Shown here in pieces: positions 53,204-64,000 of a stretch of DNA of 64,000 nt. The first letter of the stretch is position 1, and each line of letters opens with the position of its first letter. A model generated the notes under the pieces. The model was not told the origin of the DNA, searched no databases, and saw only the letters and a list, made by a program, of their open reading frames with translations. Source of the stretch: Minutocellus sp. GHC0000111 (Eukaryota); assembly GCA_977018835.1 (NCBI GenBank), contig OZ361256.1, positions 1,798,001-1,862,000 of the forward strand. The letters are read 5' to 3'. A program made the translations under genes and the position numbers.

Positions 53204-54889
53204 ATGTCCGTCCGCGAGCCCAGCACCGACCCTCTCAAGGAGCATGACATCAGCGATATCATCAACCAAAAGGATAATGGCCCAGAGACGATGGCCGTCA
53301 TCGAGAAGTACAACGTGCTTCGCGCTGCTCTCGCCAAGCTCCGGGAAAAGCTCGTGGGTGCCAAGAACGATGCCGCCGAGACGAGGACCATCCTTGCCGG
53401 CAACATGAATGCCCCCCATCGAAAGATGTTCGAGGAACATCTGTGCGGTCTTGACAATGAAATTAGCGAGTTGGAGGCCAAGGTGAACACCACCACCAAG
53501 GCTGTGATCCAGCTCGCAATGGACGTGCGAGTCACCGCGGAGGATGAGAACGGTGCTCGTCTCCTCGCTATCCTCGACCGTCAAAAGGAGAACAAGGCTG
53601 CCAGGAACACCGCCGATGATGACAGTATCGTCGCGTCCGTCAGCTCCAACCAGAGCACCTTCACCCTCAGGTCTGGAAAGGGCGATATCACCGTCAAGGC
53701 CGGCTCGCTTCCCAACGGGAAGGATGAAGATAGTCTTCGGTACGATGGCAAACCCACCCCGTCCAAGGCAGAGAACGTCCCCGAGGAAGACGGAGCTGGT
53801 CGTCCCAAGACTTCTTCTATGCCCTCTCCTCCCAGCGACGATGATTCTCCTTTCTCCGACGAGAACGAAAATGCTCCCCCTGTTCGTCCTCCCGCCGCTG
53901 CCGGAAATCCTACCGAGGCCAATCCTACCGCCGGTACCGGTGACGTCCCTCAATCCCCCACCCCTCGTGTCGTCGGCGACCTTGGCTTGACCGGTCTCGG
54001 TCTTGGTCCCAGCAACGAGCAAGCTTCTGGTGCCAATCTCAATGCACTTCCCGCTGCCAACGCAAACGGCGCCGCGACCGGTGCAGGCGGCTTCGAGCTC
54101 AGTGGCTACACCGCTGGTTATCCCAATGTTGTTGGAGGAGGCTCTGCTCCGGCCGTCCCAGAAGATGAGACGCTGACCCAGACCGAGGGTGACTTCAGTG
54201 AGCTATGCTCTCGATCTCTGTTTGCGATTGTAGATTATCAGTACTACCTTTGCCTTGCAATATCTAAATTGTAAATTTCTCCTTCTCCCTTGCTGTTTTA
54301 CAAACGTGTCATCCAGGATCCTGCCGTTGCTTCGGCAAAGGCCGCGCGCTCGAGAATTTTGACCCTGTGCATCAATAAGGATTTCCGCGAGATGGATCGC
54401 TCTGCTTTTCTCAAATTTGTTGAGGATAATCACGATGATCTCATCGTTAAGCAGACAGTCGGCTTCAACGACTCAGTCGCCAACAGGAACGCCGCGGAAG
54501 TTCTTGATATATTCCTCAAGAATTCCAACCTTCCGCTATGCAAGACCGTCATGGAGAACCACCATAGCATCTGCCCTGAACTCAAGCAGATTCTTGTTCA
54601 GACCGCAGGTCCTCATCGCCCTGTCCCCATCCTTCCTTGTGTCTCTCGTTCTGCCCACGGTAGGGCAGTGAAAGGATCTACTGCGCTTGATCTCTATTCT
54701 ACGTATAGAAAGAACGGCATCAGCGGCAGTGACGTTCCCAAAGTGCTTGGCGGCCCTCTGCTACGCCTCAAGGGGATGCTCGGTCTCCTCACGCCTGGCT
54801 TCCGGGAGAAGTCGATCTTGCCATCGGAAGCGGCTGACATTCTGAAAAGCGAGTTGTCCCGTCAGAAGAAGACCGAAAACCATCTGTGA
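53204..54889 (+). CDS. Hypothetical multi-exon protein (coiled-coil N-terminus, Pro/Gly-rich middle); splice structure unresolved
   Basis: C-ending codon bias in ORFs 53204-~54197 and ~54317-54889, separated by an AT-rich intron-like stretch; no domain recognised. Confidence 0.5.
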
Positions 54890-55139
54890 GGACATTTTTT
54901 CCTCCTTTGGATTTACCTACCAACATACTGACAATTCTTCTTCCAAGAACATTTTACACTACCAAGCCAACCTTAGCAACTGTCGGGTGTCGGCGCAGTT
55001 GCAATCTTTACATTCGTCGTGGGATACTGGGATACCTGACCGACATGGAGAGCATTTTGCTTCTAGTACCTAGCTAGCCTAAAAATCTGTAGAGAACAAG
55101 TTGTTCCTGAATAATAATTTTTTAATATTTTCTCTTCTT

Positions 55140-55323
55140 GACCCTTAGCGACGGATCTCTGCAAAGCTTAGCGACCCTTAGCGACGGATCTTCGCAAAGC
55201 TTAGCGACCCTTAGCGACGGATCTTCGCAAAGCTTAGCGACCCTTAGCGACGGATCTTCGCAAAGCTTAGCGACCCTTAGCGACGGATCTTCGCAAAGCT
55301 TAGCGACCCTTAGCGACGGATCT
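55140..55323. repeat. Tandem repeat, 33-bp unit GACCCTTAGCGACGGATCTTCGCAAAGCTTAGC x ~5.6
   Basis: Directly visible near-identical units with no spacers. Confidence 0.95.
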
Positions 55324-55349
55324 ATCTTACGCCCCCCTTCCTTTCAATA

Positions 55350-56822
55350 TTATCCTCCATTCTGAGAAATACTAAATGCTCCATACCTCTTCTCATCGTC
55401 CTTGCCACTCGTTAGTCTCCGATCAATCTCCAGGAACGGTGGCAAATCCACTTCGGCACTGCTAGAGGCACCAACGCCTCCACCGCCCCCACCCTTGACC
55501 GGAGACGACGATGTCGACACCTCAGCCTGCGCGTGGAGGATGCATAGGTCTCCTACCGACGACGGCTCCTCGTACATGTGAATGTTGAAGCTTTGCATAT
55601 TGTACAAGAACGAAATCCGCTTCTGCTTGACAATGTGTCGTGATTGGTCTCGATTCTTGTACGACGCCACGTATTCCCTCCTCGATATGATTCGCTTCAC
55701 CTCGATTGCCTGCCCATCGACCGTCCGCTTGACGGTGGTTTGGCCATACGCCGAACCCAATCTGTGGCCGTCCTTGCAAAGACTGGTACGCTTGCGAACG
55801 AAGGAGTATTCCTCGGTGATATCCGATCCCGATATCTGAGACGAACGGAGTTCCTTATCTTCGTCATAAAGGTAGACCTTTTCGACCATGAATACATTGT
55901 ACTTGATTTCTGGAGGAAATTCGTCGATATTTGGGCGGCGTTTGAGCAAGAACTTGGTGGTAGTTCTTGACAAATGGGCAGGAAGGCCGACCAACTGTGC
56001 CGTTGTATCAACCAACCGCTGAAGCTTGCCTTCAAAGTTCGTAGAGTTGTCAAAGACGCAAAGCCTTGGATGGCCGATCCATGCATTTCGAGTCTTCACA
56101 TCGACCGCTCGCGCCTCCTCCGGCGTTTCAGTCCTAACTTCGTTGTTTTCCAACGAGTAAAACTTTTCAGCTCCCTCAGCTGCTGTGACAAGATGGAAGA
56201 CCGCATTGTACCGCCCCTCTCGAAGCTCGCAAACATTCTTGATATTCCTCCGCTTGAGCATCTCGTCCCAGTCTTCCGTCGACATGTACGCAGCCCCGTC
56301 CATCAGACCGCGATCACACAGGACCACGCCGGGCTTTCCACGAGCACGAAGAATCTTCTCAAATCCATCCTCGAGACTCTCTTGCAATTTCATCACGGTA
56401 TCCTGCACAACCATGCCCATTCCCTCGGTACCAAAGTATGACATCTCAAAGCCATTGGACCCAAGTATGCTGAACGCTTCTGGACAGGTGATGACCTCGA
56501 ATCCACGCTCGCGGAGATACGAGGACAAACGCGCCAACGCAGTAGTTTTACCACCGCAGGGCCCTCCGGTGAGTACGATTTTGTAGATTGGGGAGGGACG
56601 GAGAGCCACGTTCCGGAGGGCCTCGGTATTGGCCGCGGCCAGCTCGGCGGCGGCCTGACGCTCGGCTTCTTCGTGATCATCAGCACCATGGTCCGACACA
56701 ACTGACTCCGATCGGTCGCGACCTCTTGCCGACCCCCTCGCTGGCGAAGAGGAGGGCGATCGATGGCCTTCAAAGTTGACGGGGACGTCACGCATCGTCG
56801 ACGACGGCTGTTCGTTCTCCAT
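55350..56822 (-). CDS. Ttd14/NadR-like P-loop NTPase with CYTH-like C-terminal domain
   Basis: KIVLTGGPCGGKTT, CDRGLMD, RYNAVFHLVTAA.GAE..Y...NN.VR.ET, W.GHP, K.RISF.Y..Q.F. Confidence 0.8.
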   Translation of the reverse strand: MENEQPSSTMRDVPVNFEGHRSPSSSPARGSARGRDRSESVVSDHGADDHEEAERQAAAELAAANTEALRNVALRPSPIYKIVLTGGPCGGKTTALARLSSYLRERGFEVITCPEAFSILGSNGFEMSYFGTEGMGMVVQDTVMKLQESLEDGFEKILRARGKPGVVLCDRGLMDGAAYMSTEDWDEMLKRRNIKNVCELREGRYNAVFHLVTAAEGAEKFYSLENNEVRTETPEEARAVDVKTRNAWIGHPRLCVFDNSTNFEGKLQRLVDTTAQLVGLPAHLSRTTTKFLLKRRPNIDEFPPEIKYNVFMVEKVYLYDEDKELRSSQISGSDITEEYSFVRKRTSLCKDGHRLGSAYGQTTVKRTVDGQAIEVKRIISRREYVASYKNRDQSRHIVKQKRISFLYNMQSFNIHMYEEPSSVGDLCILHAQAEVSTSSSPVKGGGGGGVGASSSAEVDLPPFLEIDRRLTSGKDDEKRYGAFSISQNGG

Positions 56823-56957
56823 TGCTTCGCTGATATGCAAGTGCTTCAAGTACGTCATGTATCTCATGTGGAGGTTTGCGGGAAGCAATGATTTTCCGGG
56901 TTTCTTTCTGCTGATGCATGCAGGCCATGGCCGGCCATCAAAGCTGGCTCAACTCTG

Positions 56958-56978
56958 TTAGGGTTAGGGTTAGGGTTA
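56958..56978 (+). repeat. Interstitial telomeric repeat (TTAGGG)3-TTA
   Basis: TTAGGGTTAGGGTTAGGGTTA in a divergent intergenic region. Confidence 0.85.
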
Positions 56979-57128
56979 TCATCATCCATGCCGTCACACT
57001 CGTACCAAAGCCGGTACTCGACTCTCCCATCTGCTGAATTAATGACACTTGCATTAGTTGCCTCTTTTCTTTTTGCACAAGATCTATCAGAACTATCACC
57101 TTGCATTTCCAGTGGCAGCCTACCAAAG

Positions 57129-58280
57129 ATGGAAGCCGCTCACGATAGTACTCGTAGTAACAACGACGCCAACAACGATATCGTCAGCGCATTCAACTCC
57201 ATTCCTACAGCCAAGTGGGATGGCGTGGCGGATTCCCTTCGGACAAATGGCGGTGTGGCGACAATTGACTTTATTCCTCCTGATATTTGCAACGTGCATG
57301 CTGCTTGCTTTGAGACAGCCCGGCGTGGCCTCGACGTGGCGAAACGGAACCGAGATGGTGAGACATCAAGTACCATAAAGAGGATTGGACCCAACGATGA
57401 CTCTGCCCATGCCACGGGTTATCACTGTGCAGGTTCAGATGGGTCCAGTATGTCCCGCTACAATTCGTATCGAAAGGGATTTGTGTTTAGCGATGGAAAT
57501 ATATTCAATGTTGATCTTGAGGAGAATGACAACGAAAGAAAACAGGGGGAAATATTCCAGAGCGACATGGAAACATTCTTTGCATCGATGCACGATGCGA
57601 TCGCTGTAAACGTCCTGCGAGCCATTGCTCGAAATGTGGGATGTGAGGATGAAGATTGGTTCCAAGCGAATCTCGGTCCGACCGATGAGTCTTCTCAGTG
57701 GCACGTCAAGCGATATGTATGTCCCACAGCTACAGGCAGTGAAAAGAATCAAAATAGCGAATGCGATGATAACGGAGATGTCGAAGAAGAAATCGAGTGG
57801 CTACCAGTGCATACCGATCCATCTCTCATTTCGATTGTCCTCCATGATGTGCCAGGAAAGAGAGAGGGAGCGATGGGCCTTCAATATCAAGTACCAGATC
57901 CATCGATATCACATGAAATTGATTCAAATCCAAAATGTCTAAAAAAGATTTGGGTGGACGTTCTGTGGCACGGCCATGCCGTTGCAACGGTGTTTGTTGG
58001 CAGCGTACTGTCCTACATTACTGGAAATCTGTATCCTGGCGCCAAGCATAGGGTTGTTTATCGCCCTTCGACTGATATTGACGAGAGTGAGCGTGTGGCA
58101 GCTACGTTATTTGTACGACCTCAAGGCGATTGCAAGCTTCTTGTTCCCCCCAGCCCTCTGTTCCTTACCGCCGAGGGTGACAGCTCAGTGCGAATTCGGA
58201 ATACAACCTTTGACGCATGGTTGGCAAGGGTATCGAAGAATTACATGAAGGGCCGGAAGAAGAATGGCAAGTCGAAGTAG
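57129..58280 (+). CDS. 2-oxoglutarate/Fe(II)-dependent oxygenase (IPNS-like)
   Basis: HTDPS.IS, GLQ, distal AKHRV and R.A.TLF.RP. Confidence 0.85.
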   Translation: MEAAHDSTRSNNDANNDIVSAFNSIPTAKWDGVADSLRTNGGVATIDFIPPDICNVHAACFETARRGLDVAKRNRDGETSSTIKRIGPNDDSAHATGYHCAGSDGSSMSRYNSYRKGFVFSDGNIFNVDLEENDNERKQGEIFQSDMETFFASMHDAIAVNVLRAIARNVGCEDEDWFQANLGPTDESSQWHVKRYVCPTATGSEKNQNSECDDNGDVEEEIEWLPVHTDPSLISIVLHDVPGKREGAMGLQYQVPDPSISHEIDSNPKCLKKIWVDVLWHGHAVATVFVGSVLSYITGNLYPGAKHRVVYRPSTDIDESERVAATLFVRPQGDCKLLVPPSPLFLTAEGDSSVRIRNTTFDAWLARVSKNYMKGRKKNGKSK

Positions 58281-59504
58281 ATCGAGATACATGTAGATCT
58301 CTACCGGTACCGACTGGTACGGTAAGTGGGTGAGTGCCGCAGCGCAGCATAGATCTACCGGTAAATCGACGTGCCGGTAGTAGCTGATCAGTAGTTACGT
58401 AGGAGATCTAGCTATTGGCACGTGTGGTACAAATCTGCCATACCGGTTTGACTTCGTAGCATACATGTAGATCTATTGGTGGTGGTGAGCAAAAAAAGCC
58501 AGGCCAGCCGGCCGGGAAACAGCACAACCGTTTGAGAAAGTGCGTTATCCCTGCGTCGTTTCGGTTCTGGTGACACCCAAGGTAGTTTCGACAGTAGATG
58601 ATCGTAGCGCTACTGTAGATCTATGGTTACGTAGCTGGCCTGCGCGCTCTGCCGGCCAACCCAACAGTTTGATACCGCCGCTTTTTTTGCTTTTCATTTT
58701 TTGTTCGTCGAGTGAGTCGAGTCACACAGCACACAGCGCGTCTCTTCTTCGCTTTCATTACTTTTCTTGCAAAGAACCTTCCAACTGACAACCAACCCCC
58801 CGCCAAACAACGGGCCCATCGCTACGGTGAGTTGACTGTTGCCAAACAGCTCGCAGACAGATAATGGAGAATGAACGGGTCGTCGTGATTCGTCAGTTTC
58901 CCGACGTTCGGGCCGAGGTCCGGCGACGGACGGGGTCGTGCTCGTTTTTTGTTTGGAGATTTGTGGCATGGGCTGGACTGAATCGTTTATTTATCCGATC
59001 AATCGCCTGCCTTGGGCCGCGGTGCACTCGCAATCGGTGGATGGAATTCCAACCGCCCTTGTGATCGATCACTGCCGTGGGGGTGTGATAGTCTTGTCAT
59101 GCCAGCTATGGAGGTCAGGCGGCCCGACGGTGGTCGGTCTGGCGGCTTCAAACGTGCTGTCAAACGTCGAATGTTTTCTGACTCCTTGTTCCCAATCCTC
59201 TCTCCTCTCTTCAGCGCAATTCTTGCAATCAATATCAATTCAACTGACCATGACTTTCAATTCCGGAGGCAAGAAGGACCCCGACGGCAAGATGTCGCCC
59301 GGGGAACTGGAGCGCCATGGTATCTGGACGGTTTTCTCTCCTTGGCGATCCGATGAAATCCAGAGGAAGTTTAAGAGATAGATCCTTGCTTTGCAGTGTG
59401 CATTGTAATTGTTCACTTCGATGCATTCGTCGGTCCGTTGAAGCCGCAATCGGTATGCACATAAATCTCGGCACAACATGACATGAAAAAAAAACTCGAC
59501 TTAC

Positions 59505-59886
59505 CGTCGATATCTCCGTAACCGGGCGGTCCACCCTCGCCGGGATGGGGCACCTCGGGGACCACCGTGCCGCGCAGATCGTTCAGAACGTTGCGATAGT
59601 ACACGTTCTCCTGGTAGAGCAGGTCGGCGTTGCGCTCCTGCGGCGTCTTCTTGCGCTTCTTGCTCTTGGCGGCCGTGGTTGAGGACGGAGGGAGGGTGGC
59701 AATCTTGACGACAAAGTCGCTCTTGCCGGAGGAGGAGCTGCTGCTGGCAGCGGTATCTCGGGCGATTTCGTGGACCGAACCGCACGCACCGCGGCCCAAT
59801 TCGCGGCCGAGTCGCCAGGCCTTGGCCGGTGGGCCAATGAGGATGCCGGTAGGGCTGCTGCTGCTGGAGCTTTTCGTCTTGGCCAT
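59505..59886 (-). pseudogene. First exon of a VRK/CK1-like kinase; no continuation visible
   Basis: WRLGRELGRGACGSV, VVKIA, LLY.E...Y, VP......GYG, then a GTAAGT donor. No HRD/DFG-type exon before the next gene. Confidence 0.55.
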
Positions 59887-60298
59887 CGTTGCAATTTGTG
59901 GCGAGCGAGGCGAGAAATAAAACGGAAAAACGGTCAAGAGCCATCACTTTCTTTCTTACGAGTGAAGTGTCAAACAGATACTTTTATCCCACGCGTTCAT
60001 GATCGCCTTCGCAAACCATTTTTCGAGAAAGCAATGGAGCAGAAGATGGTGGTTGCGTACAGTCGCGTCAAGATCACCTCGAAGCTTGCTGTTTTATGAG
60101 ACGGCGAAATACAGTTGCACAGTCCAATATCGAGAAGTATGCCAGATTCCGAGGAGAGATGCACGGTCATGGTCTCTCCATTTCACACCGACCGGTGTGA
60201 CAGAACGACCGATCGTACAGTTCGGACTACATGTACAAAGCAGCTACATCTATAGGGCTGGCAACTAAATAATAACTTTATGGTCCAACGTTACACTC

Positions 60299-62464
60299 TC
60301 ACAAATCCGACAATTCCGATACCTCATCCTCCTCCAGCGGATAGAAATTCACATCCAGCATCTTTTCCCAGCTTGTGAGTGCGGTGGCTTGTTCGTAGCT
60401 TACGACATTGATCACCGTACCTTTATTTCCAGCTCTTCCGGTCCGTCCGGCAATGTGAGTGTACTCATCGGGTCCTCGTGGCCTACCAACACAAATTACC
60501 GTATCCAAATTGTCCAGGTGGAGTCCACGGACGCTGTCCTCGCCAGTAACATAGAGGTATCCTTCATCGTTTGTATCATTATCATCGCCTTCATCAGCAA
60601 ACTTCGATGCATCCGTCGCCACCGACTGACCAACGCCGGTGGCGCCGCTGACCCTTCTATGAACCTCAATCATTCGGTCTGTGCCATCGGCCTCCAAAAC
60701 ATCAATGAGCGCTCGAGGCTCTGGCTGGCATTGAAAGTGCTGAAGAGCGCCCAGTGCATTCCGAACACTGAGTTGACATCCCTTGCTCAGTACCAATAAT
60801 ACTCTTCGAGGACGTTCGCTTCCATCACTGAGCTTGCGCAGAGGTAGATTCTTTACTATGGAGGCAGCCGTTGTCAATAGCTGGCCGCTGGAATCTCCCA
60901 AGGACGGAACGACGTAGTTGGTGACGGCAGGTGGGATGGTAACAACTCGGCCCAGTTGAGGTTCATTGGTATGACTGTTTGCAGCACCGCGTCCAGTAAT
61001 ATCCCCGAAGCGACTGTTCTTGGCACCGCTCGATTCGGCGTTACTGTAATCTTCTTCATCCTCTTCATCATCGGCCGATTTACCCCGAATAACTGGAGGA
61101 CGTTCTTGTGTCGGTAGTCCCAAGACACGGGATAGCTCCCTGCGGAGCGGACGGCCAACCGTAGCACTGGCAGCTACAATTTGTGCCTTGCCCAGCGTAT
61201 ACCTCGCCACTGCCGAAGTGAGGACGGCCGCTGGTTTTTCGTGCTTCTTATAGGCCTTCTCGCTCCGTGATTTCTTCACATTTAATAGTCGGTCTACTTC
61301 GTCCATGACAACGTAACCCACATTCTCGAGAAACTTCTTGGCTTCGGGTTTGGAAGTCGGAGGCGCTGGCATCTTGCTGTTGCCAAAGAAACTAGTCATG
61401 ATCGCCTTGGCACTACCGACGAGAATGCGAGGCTGTGCCTTGCCGTATGAAGATGTATCCACATCCGATTTGCGACCACCAAACTGATCTTCCCCTCGTT
61501 CCTTGTTGGCATTTCCTGCTCGTAGCAAGTTAGTTGGCTGTGATATCAATCGCACCGTTCCAGGAGGGGCCAATACCGTCGCCACACCGGCAACCTGAGC
61601 TGCCAACTCACGCGTCGGTGTCAGAATAATGGCAAATCCTTTCGTATCGTCCGCCAATGGATCAGTCCGTCCCATATCGGCTTCCTTCCAGAGCATCTCC
61701 GTTATGGGGAGTAGATATGTCAACGTCTTGCCCGATCCAGTCTCGGCGTGGAGGATACAGTTGTCCCCTTGAGCAATGGCGGGTATCGCAGCGGCCTGAA
61801 TTGGCGACGGTTTGGTAAACTGCGCTCTTGACAGTGCTGTCCCGGCTGCTGAGGAAAGATCCAAAAGACCACCAAACTTGGTCAGAGGTTTCAGGGGAGC
61901 ATCATCCATCTGCTGGGCGGGAATTGTATCGATTTCATCATCATTATCAAATTTACTTGTCCCATCGCTGCTGGTGCCGACATCACGCTGCCGTTGTTCA
62001 ATGTAGTAATCTGCAAGTCTTTGTGCCAGGTTGGGTTTTCTACCCGAAACTTTGAGATGCAACGATTTGAGCTCCGCCTTGAGATCATTCGCTGGCCGCA
62101 GACGCAATTCCTCAAAGAGCTCCTGACGTTCGGCGGCATACTCGTCATGTTCGTCGTTGTGACCAGCGGATGATGAAGAACGTGACTTCATCCTTTGCAG
62201 TCGTTCAGCTGCCTTTTGCATCTCGTCTTTGGCTGCATCAGTGCTTCTTGGTGAAGCATCGAGGCAAGTGCCTGTGTGCCTCAAAATACGAATATTCTCC
62301 TCATTGTAGCGATGGACATGCTTTCGTGAGGACAGTGTGTCGACTGAAGAAAAGGCATTCGACGGATTCGTTTGTGACATAAAACATGCCAAAAATAAAA
62401 TGGCCGATAATGACGAGGAATCTGCTAATAATCGAGGCATTCTTCGTATGTGGAATAGATACAA
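60299..62464 (-). CDS. DEAD-box RNA helicase (DEVD variant) with SAP-like domain, probably plastid-targeted
   Basis: Q motif F.KPSPIQ, AETGSGKT, PTRELA, DEVD, SAT, RGL, HIAGRTGRAG; LKAELKSLHLKVSGRK..L..RL; SNA-F signal. Confidence 0.9.
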   Translation of the reverse strand: MYLFHIRRMPRLLADSSSLSAILFLACFMSQTNPSNAFSSVDTLSSRKHVHRYNEENIRILRHTGTCLDASPRSTDAAKDEMQKAAERLQRMKSRSSSSAGHNDEHDEYAAERQELFEELRLRPANDLKAELKSLHLKVSGRKPNLAQRLADYYIEQRQRDVGTSSDGTSKFDNDDEIDTIPAQQMDDAPLKPLTKFGGLLDLSSAAGTALSRAQFTKPSPIQAAAIPAIAQGDNCILHAETGSGKTLTYLLPITEMLWKEADMGRTDPLADDTKGFAIILTPTRELAAQVAGVATVLAPPGTVRLISQPTNLLRAGNANKERGEDQFGGRKSDVDTSSYGKAQPRILVGSAKAIMTSFFGNSKMPAPPTSKPEAKKFLENVGYVVMDEVDRLLNVKKSRSEKAYKKHEKPAAVLTSAVARYTLGKAQIVAASATVGRPLRRELSRVLGLPTQERPPVIRGKSADDEEDEEDYSNAESSGAKNSRFGDITGRGAANSHTNEPQLGRVVTIPPAVTNYVVPSLGDSSGQLLTTAASIVKNLPLRKLSDGSERPRRVLLVLSKGCQLSVRNALGALQHFQCQPEPRALIDVLEADGTDRMIEVHRRVSGATGVGQSVATDASKFADEGDDNDTNDEGYLYVTGEDSVRGLHLDNLDTVICVGRPRGPDEYTHIAGRTGRAGNKGTVINVVSYEQATALTSWEKMLDVNFYPLEEDEVSELSDL

Positions 62465-62709
62465 TGTCCTGTGATGTTGGCTCCTTACTTCATTGGCTGG
62501 AATATCACGTCATCGATCGCGAGATCAATGGACCGAGCAAAGAGTGGCCTTTCCTTCGTCGGTGCGGACAACGCCGAAATTTTCGGAGCGAGAAGTCAAG
62601 TCGACCAGAGAACCAGCAGAGAACATTTCTTTCCTCCGGCATATCGCCCCAAACCAAAGTTATACTAGCTAGTACTATTCCCCATCGTAACCCAAAATAG
62701 ACCAAAACC

Positions 62710-63492
62710 ATGCCTCAGCATGAGCATATGGAGCGTCACCGAAAGCTGCACGGCCGCCGGTTCGATGCAGAGGAACGCGAACGGAAGCGGGAGGCTCGCC
62801 TTGCCCATAAGCGTTCCGAGTTCGCGCAGAAGGTCCACGGAATCCGTGCCAAGCTGTACCACGAGCGTCGGTTCAAGGAGAAGGCCGCCATGCGCAAGAC
62901 GATTGCTCAGCACAACGAGCGATCCAATAAGCACGCGAACGACGACGCCGTCGCCGAGGGTGCCGTTCCCGCGTACCTTCTCGATAGGGAGGGAGTCAGC
63001 CGCGCCAAGGTCCTGAGTAACACCGTCAAGCAGAAGCGCAAGGAGAAGGCCGGAAAGTGGGAGGTCCCGATCCCCAAGGTCAAGCCGGTGGCCGACGATG
63101 AGATGTTCAAGGTGATGCGGACCGGATCCAAGCGTGGAAAGGCTTGGAAGAGGGTGGTGACCAAGTGTACCTTCGTGGGCGACAATTTCACCCGGAAGGC
63201 TCCCAAGTACGAGCGGTTCATCCGACCGACCGGCCTGCGTATGAAGAAGGCCAACGTCACCCACCCCGAGCTCAAAACAACCTTCCAGTTGGACATCCTG
63301 GGTGTCAAGAAGAATCCCAGCAGCAGTCTCTACACTAACCTCGGCGTTATGACCAAGGGTACCATCATTGAGGTAAATGTGAGCGAATTGGGTCTAGTGA
63401 CGACGAGCGGACGCGTGGCCTGGGGCAAAATGGCGCAGGTAACCAATAACCCCGAGCTGGATGGCTGTGTTAATGCCGTTTTGTTGGTATAA
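62710..63492 (+). CDS. NSA2: Ribosome biogenesis protein NSA2
   Basis: [61 protein letters not shown]. Confidence 0.97.
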   Translation: MPQHEHMERHRKLHGRRFDAEERERKREARLAHKRSEFAQKVHGIRAKLYHERRFKEKAAMRKTIAQHNERSNKHANDDAVAEGAVPAYLLDREGVSRAKVLSNTVKQKRKEKAGKWEVPIPKVKPVADDEMFKVMRTGSKRGKAWKRVVTKCTFVGDNFTRKAPKYERFIRPTGLRMKKANVTHPELKTTFQLDILGVKKNPSSSLYTNLGVMTKGTIIEVNVSELGLVTTSGRVAWGKMAQVTNNPELDGCVNAVLLV

Positions 63493-63672
63493 GGCATTTG
63501 GCATAAGTTTGTGGTGTGTCTTTTGGAAGATAAATCGGAAACTCTTCATCGGCGAGTTACACGAACTTCTATTTCTTTGACGAATATGTCGTAGATAATG
63601 GCCCACTGTTACAGTAAATTTATTTTTAGTAATTGTACACCCTGCATTTGAATCGAATCTGCTGCCCTCTGT

Positions 63673-63998
63673 TCATCTTTCTACTTCAATTTGAAGATAT
63701 GCAGACATGATGTTTAAACAAAAATCACATATGCCGCCATTGCTAGAACGCTAAAGGAAAGTTGGACGTGATGACTGTTGGCAGTAGCCGAGCTAGTATT
63801 CATATCCCCATCGCGAGCCTCGACATCATCGGTTGGCTTTTCGGTGGGCGCAGGAGTTGGACGGAACGATGGCTTATCGGTGGGACTTGCGGTTGGTTCT
63901 TCGTCTGTACTATCGCCGCCGTCAGGGTTATCAAGACGATTCTGAGCGTCGTCAATCTCGATCGTTTCCAGGCAGGTATTGTAGGCATCATCGAGAAG
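63673..63998 (-). CDS. 3' end of a probable cell-surface protein (PT-rich linker, hydrophobic tail); begins outside the window
   Basis: Manual translation gives an open frame LLDDAYNTCLE...PTASPTDKPSFRPTPAPTEKPT...SSA...FSVLAMAAYVIFCL...ER*. Confidence 0.55.
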
Positions 63999-64000
63999 AT

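Noticed and set aside
53189..54022. 277-aa minus-strand ORF
   Set aside because: Antisense to the codon-biased + strand ORF; no domain.
55140..55323. CRISPR array
   Set aside because: Contiguous identical units without unique spacers, no cas genes, eukaryotic context.

Overview
Gene-dense eukaryotic DNA, almost certainly a diatom nuclear genome: short GT-AG introns, bipartite 'AF/ASAFAP'-type plastid targeting peptides, a CBA1 gene and TTAGGG repeats. The main feature is a compact ~11.7 kb vitamin B12 (cobamide) uptake and remodelling cluster at 10046-21786. It has two divergent gene pairs, cobU(+DUF4346-like domain)/CBA1 and cbiZ-cbiB/cobS-cobT, with cytosolic SHMT between them. All three upstream regions carry a related 14-bp palindrome (consensus about G(A/G)AGCAC(G/A)TGC). 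In this assembly cobS-cobT is interrupted by a 1.07 kb hAT-type transposon (8-bp TSD GGTATCGG) and by several indels. The flanks are ordinary diatom genes: exportin-5, ankyrin protein, MoeB/ThiF-rhodanese, kinase, NadD-like, SmD3, 2H phosphoesterase, Sel1/MYND, ChaN-like, XMAP215 with an unusual repeat N-terminus, PPR, Ttd14-like, 2OG-Fe oxygenase, DEAD-box helicase and NSA2. Scattered frameshifts and stops in normally essential genes suggest imperfect consensus accuracy. All family calls come from motif recognition by eye; no searches were run.
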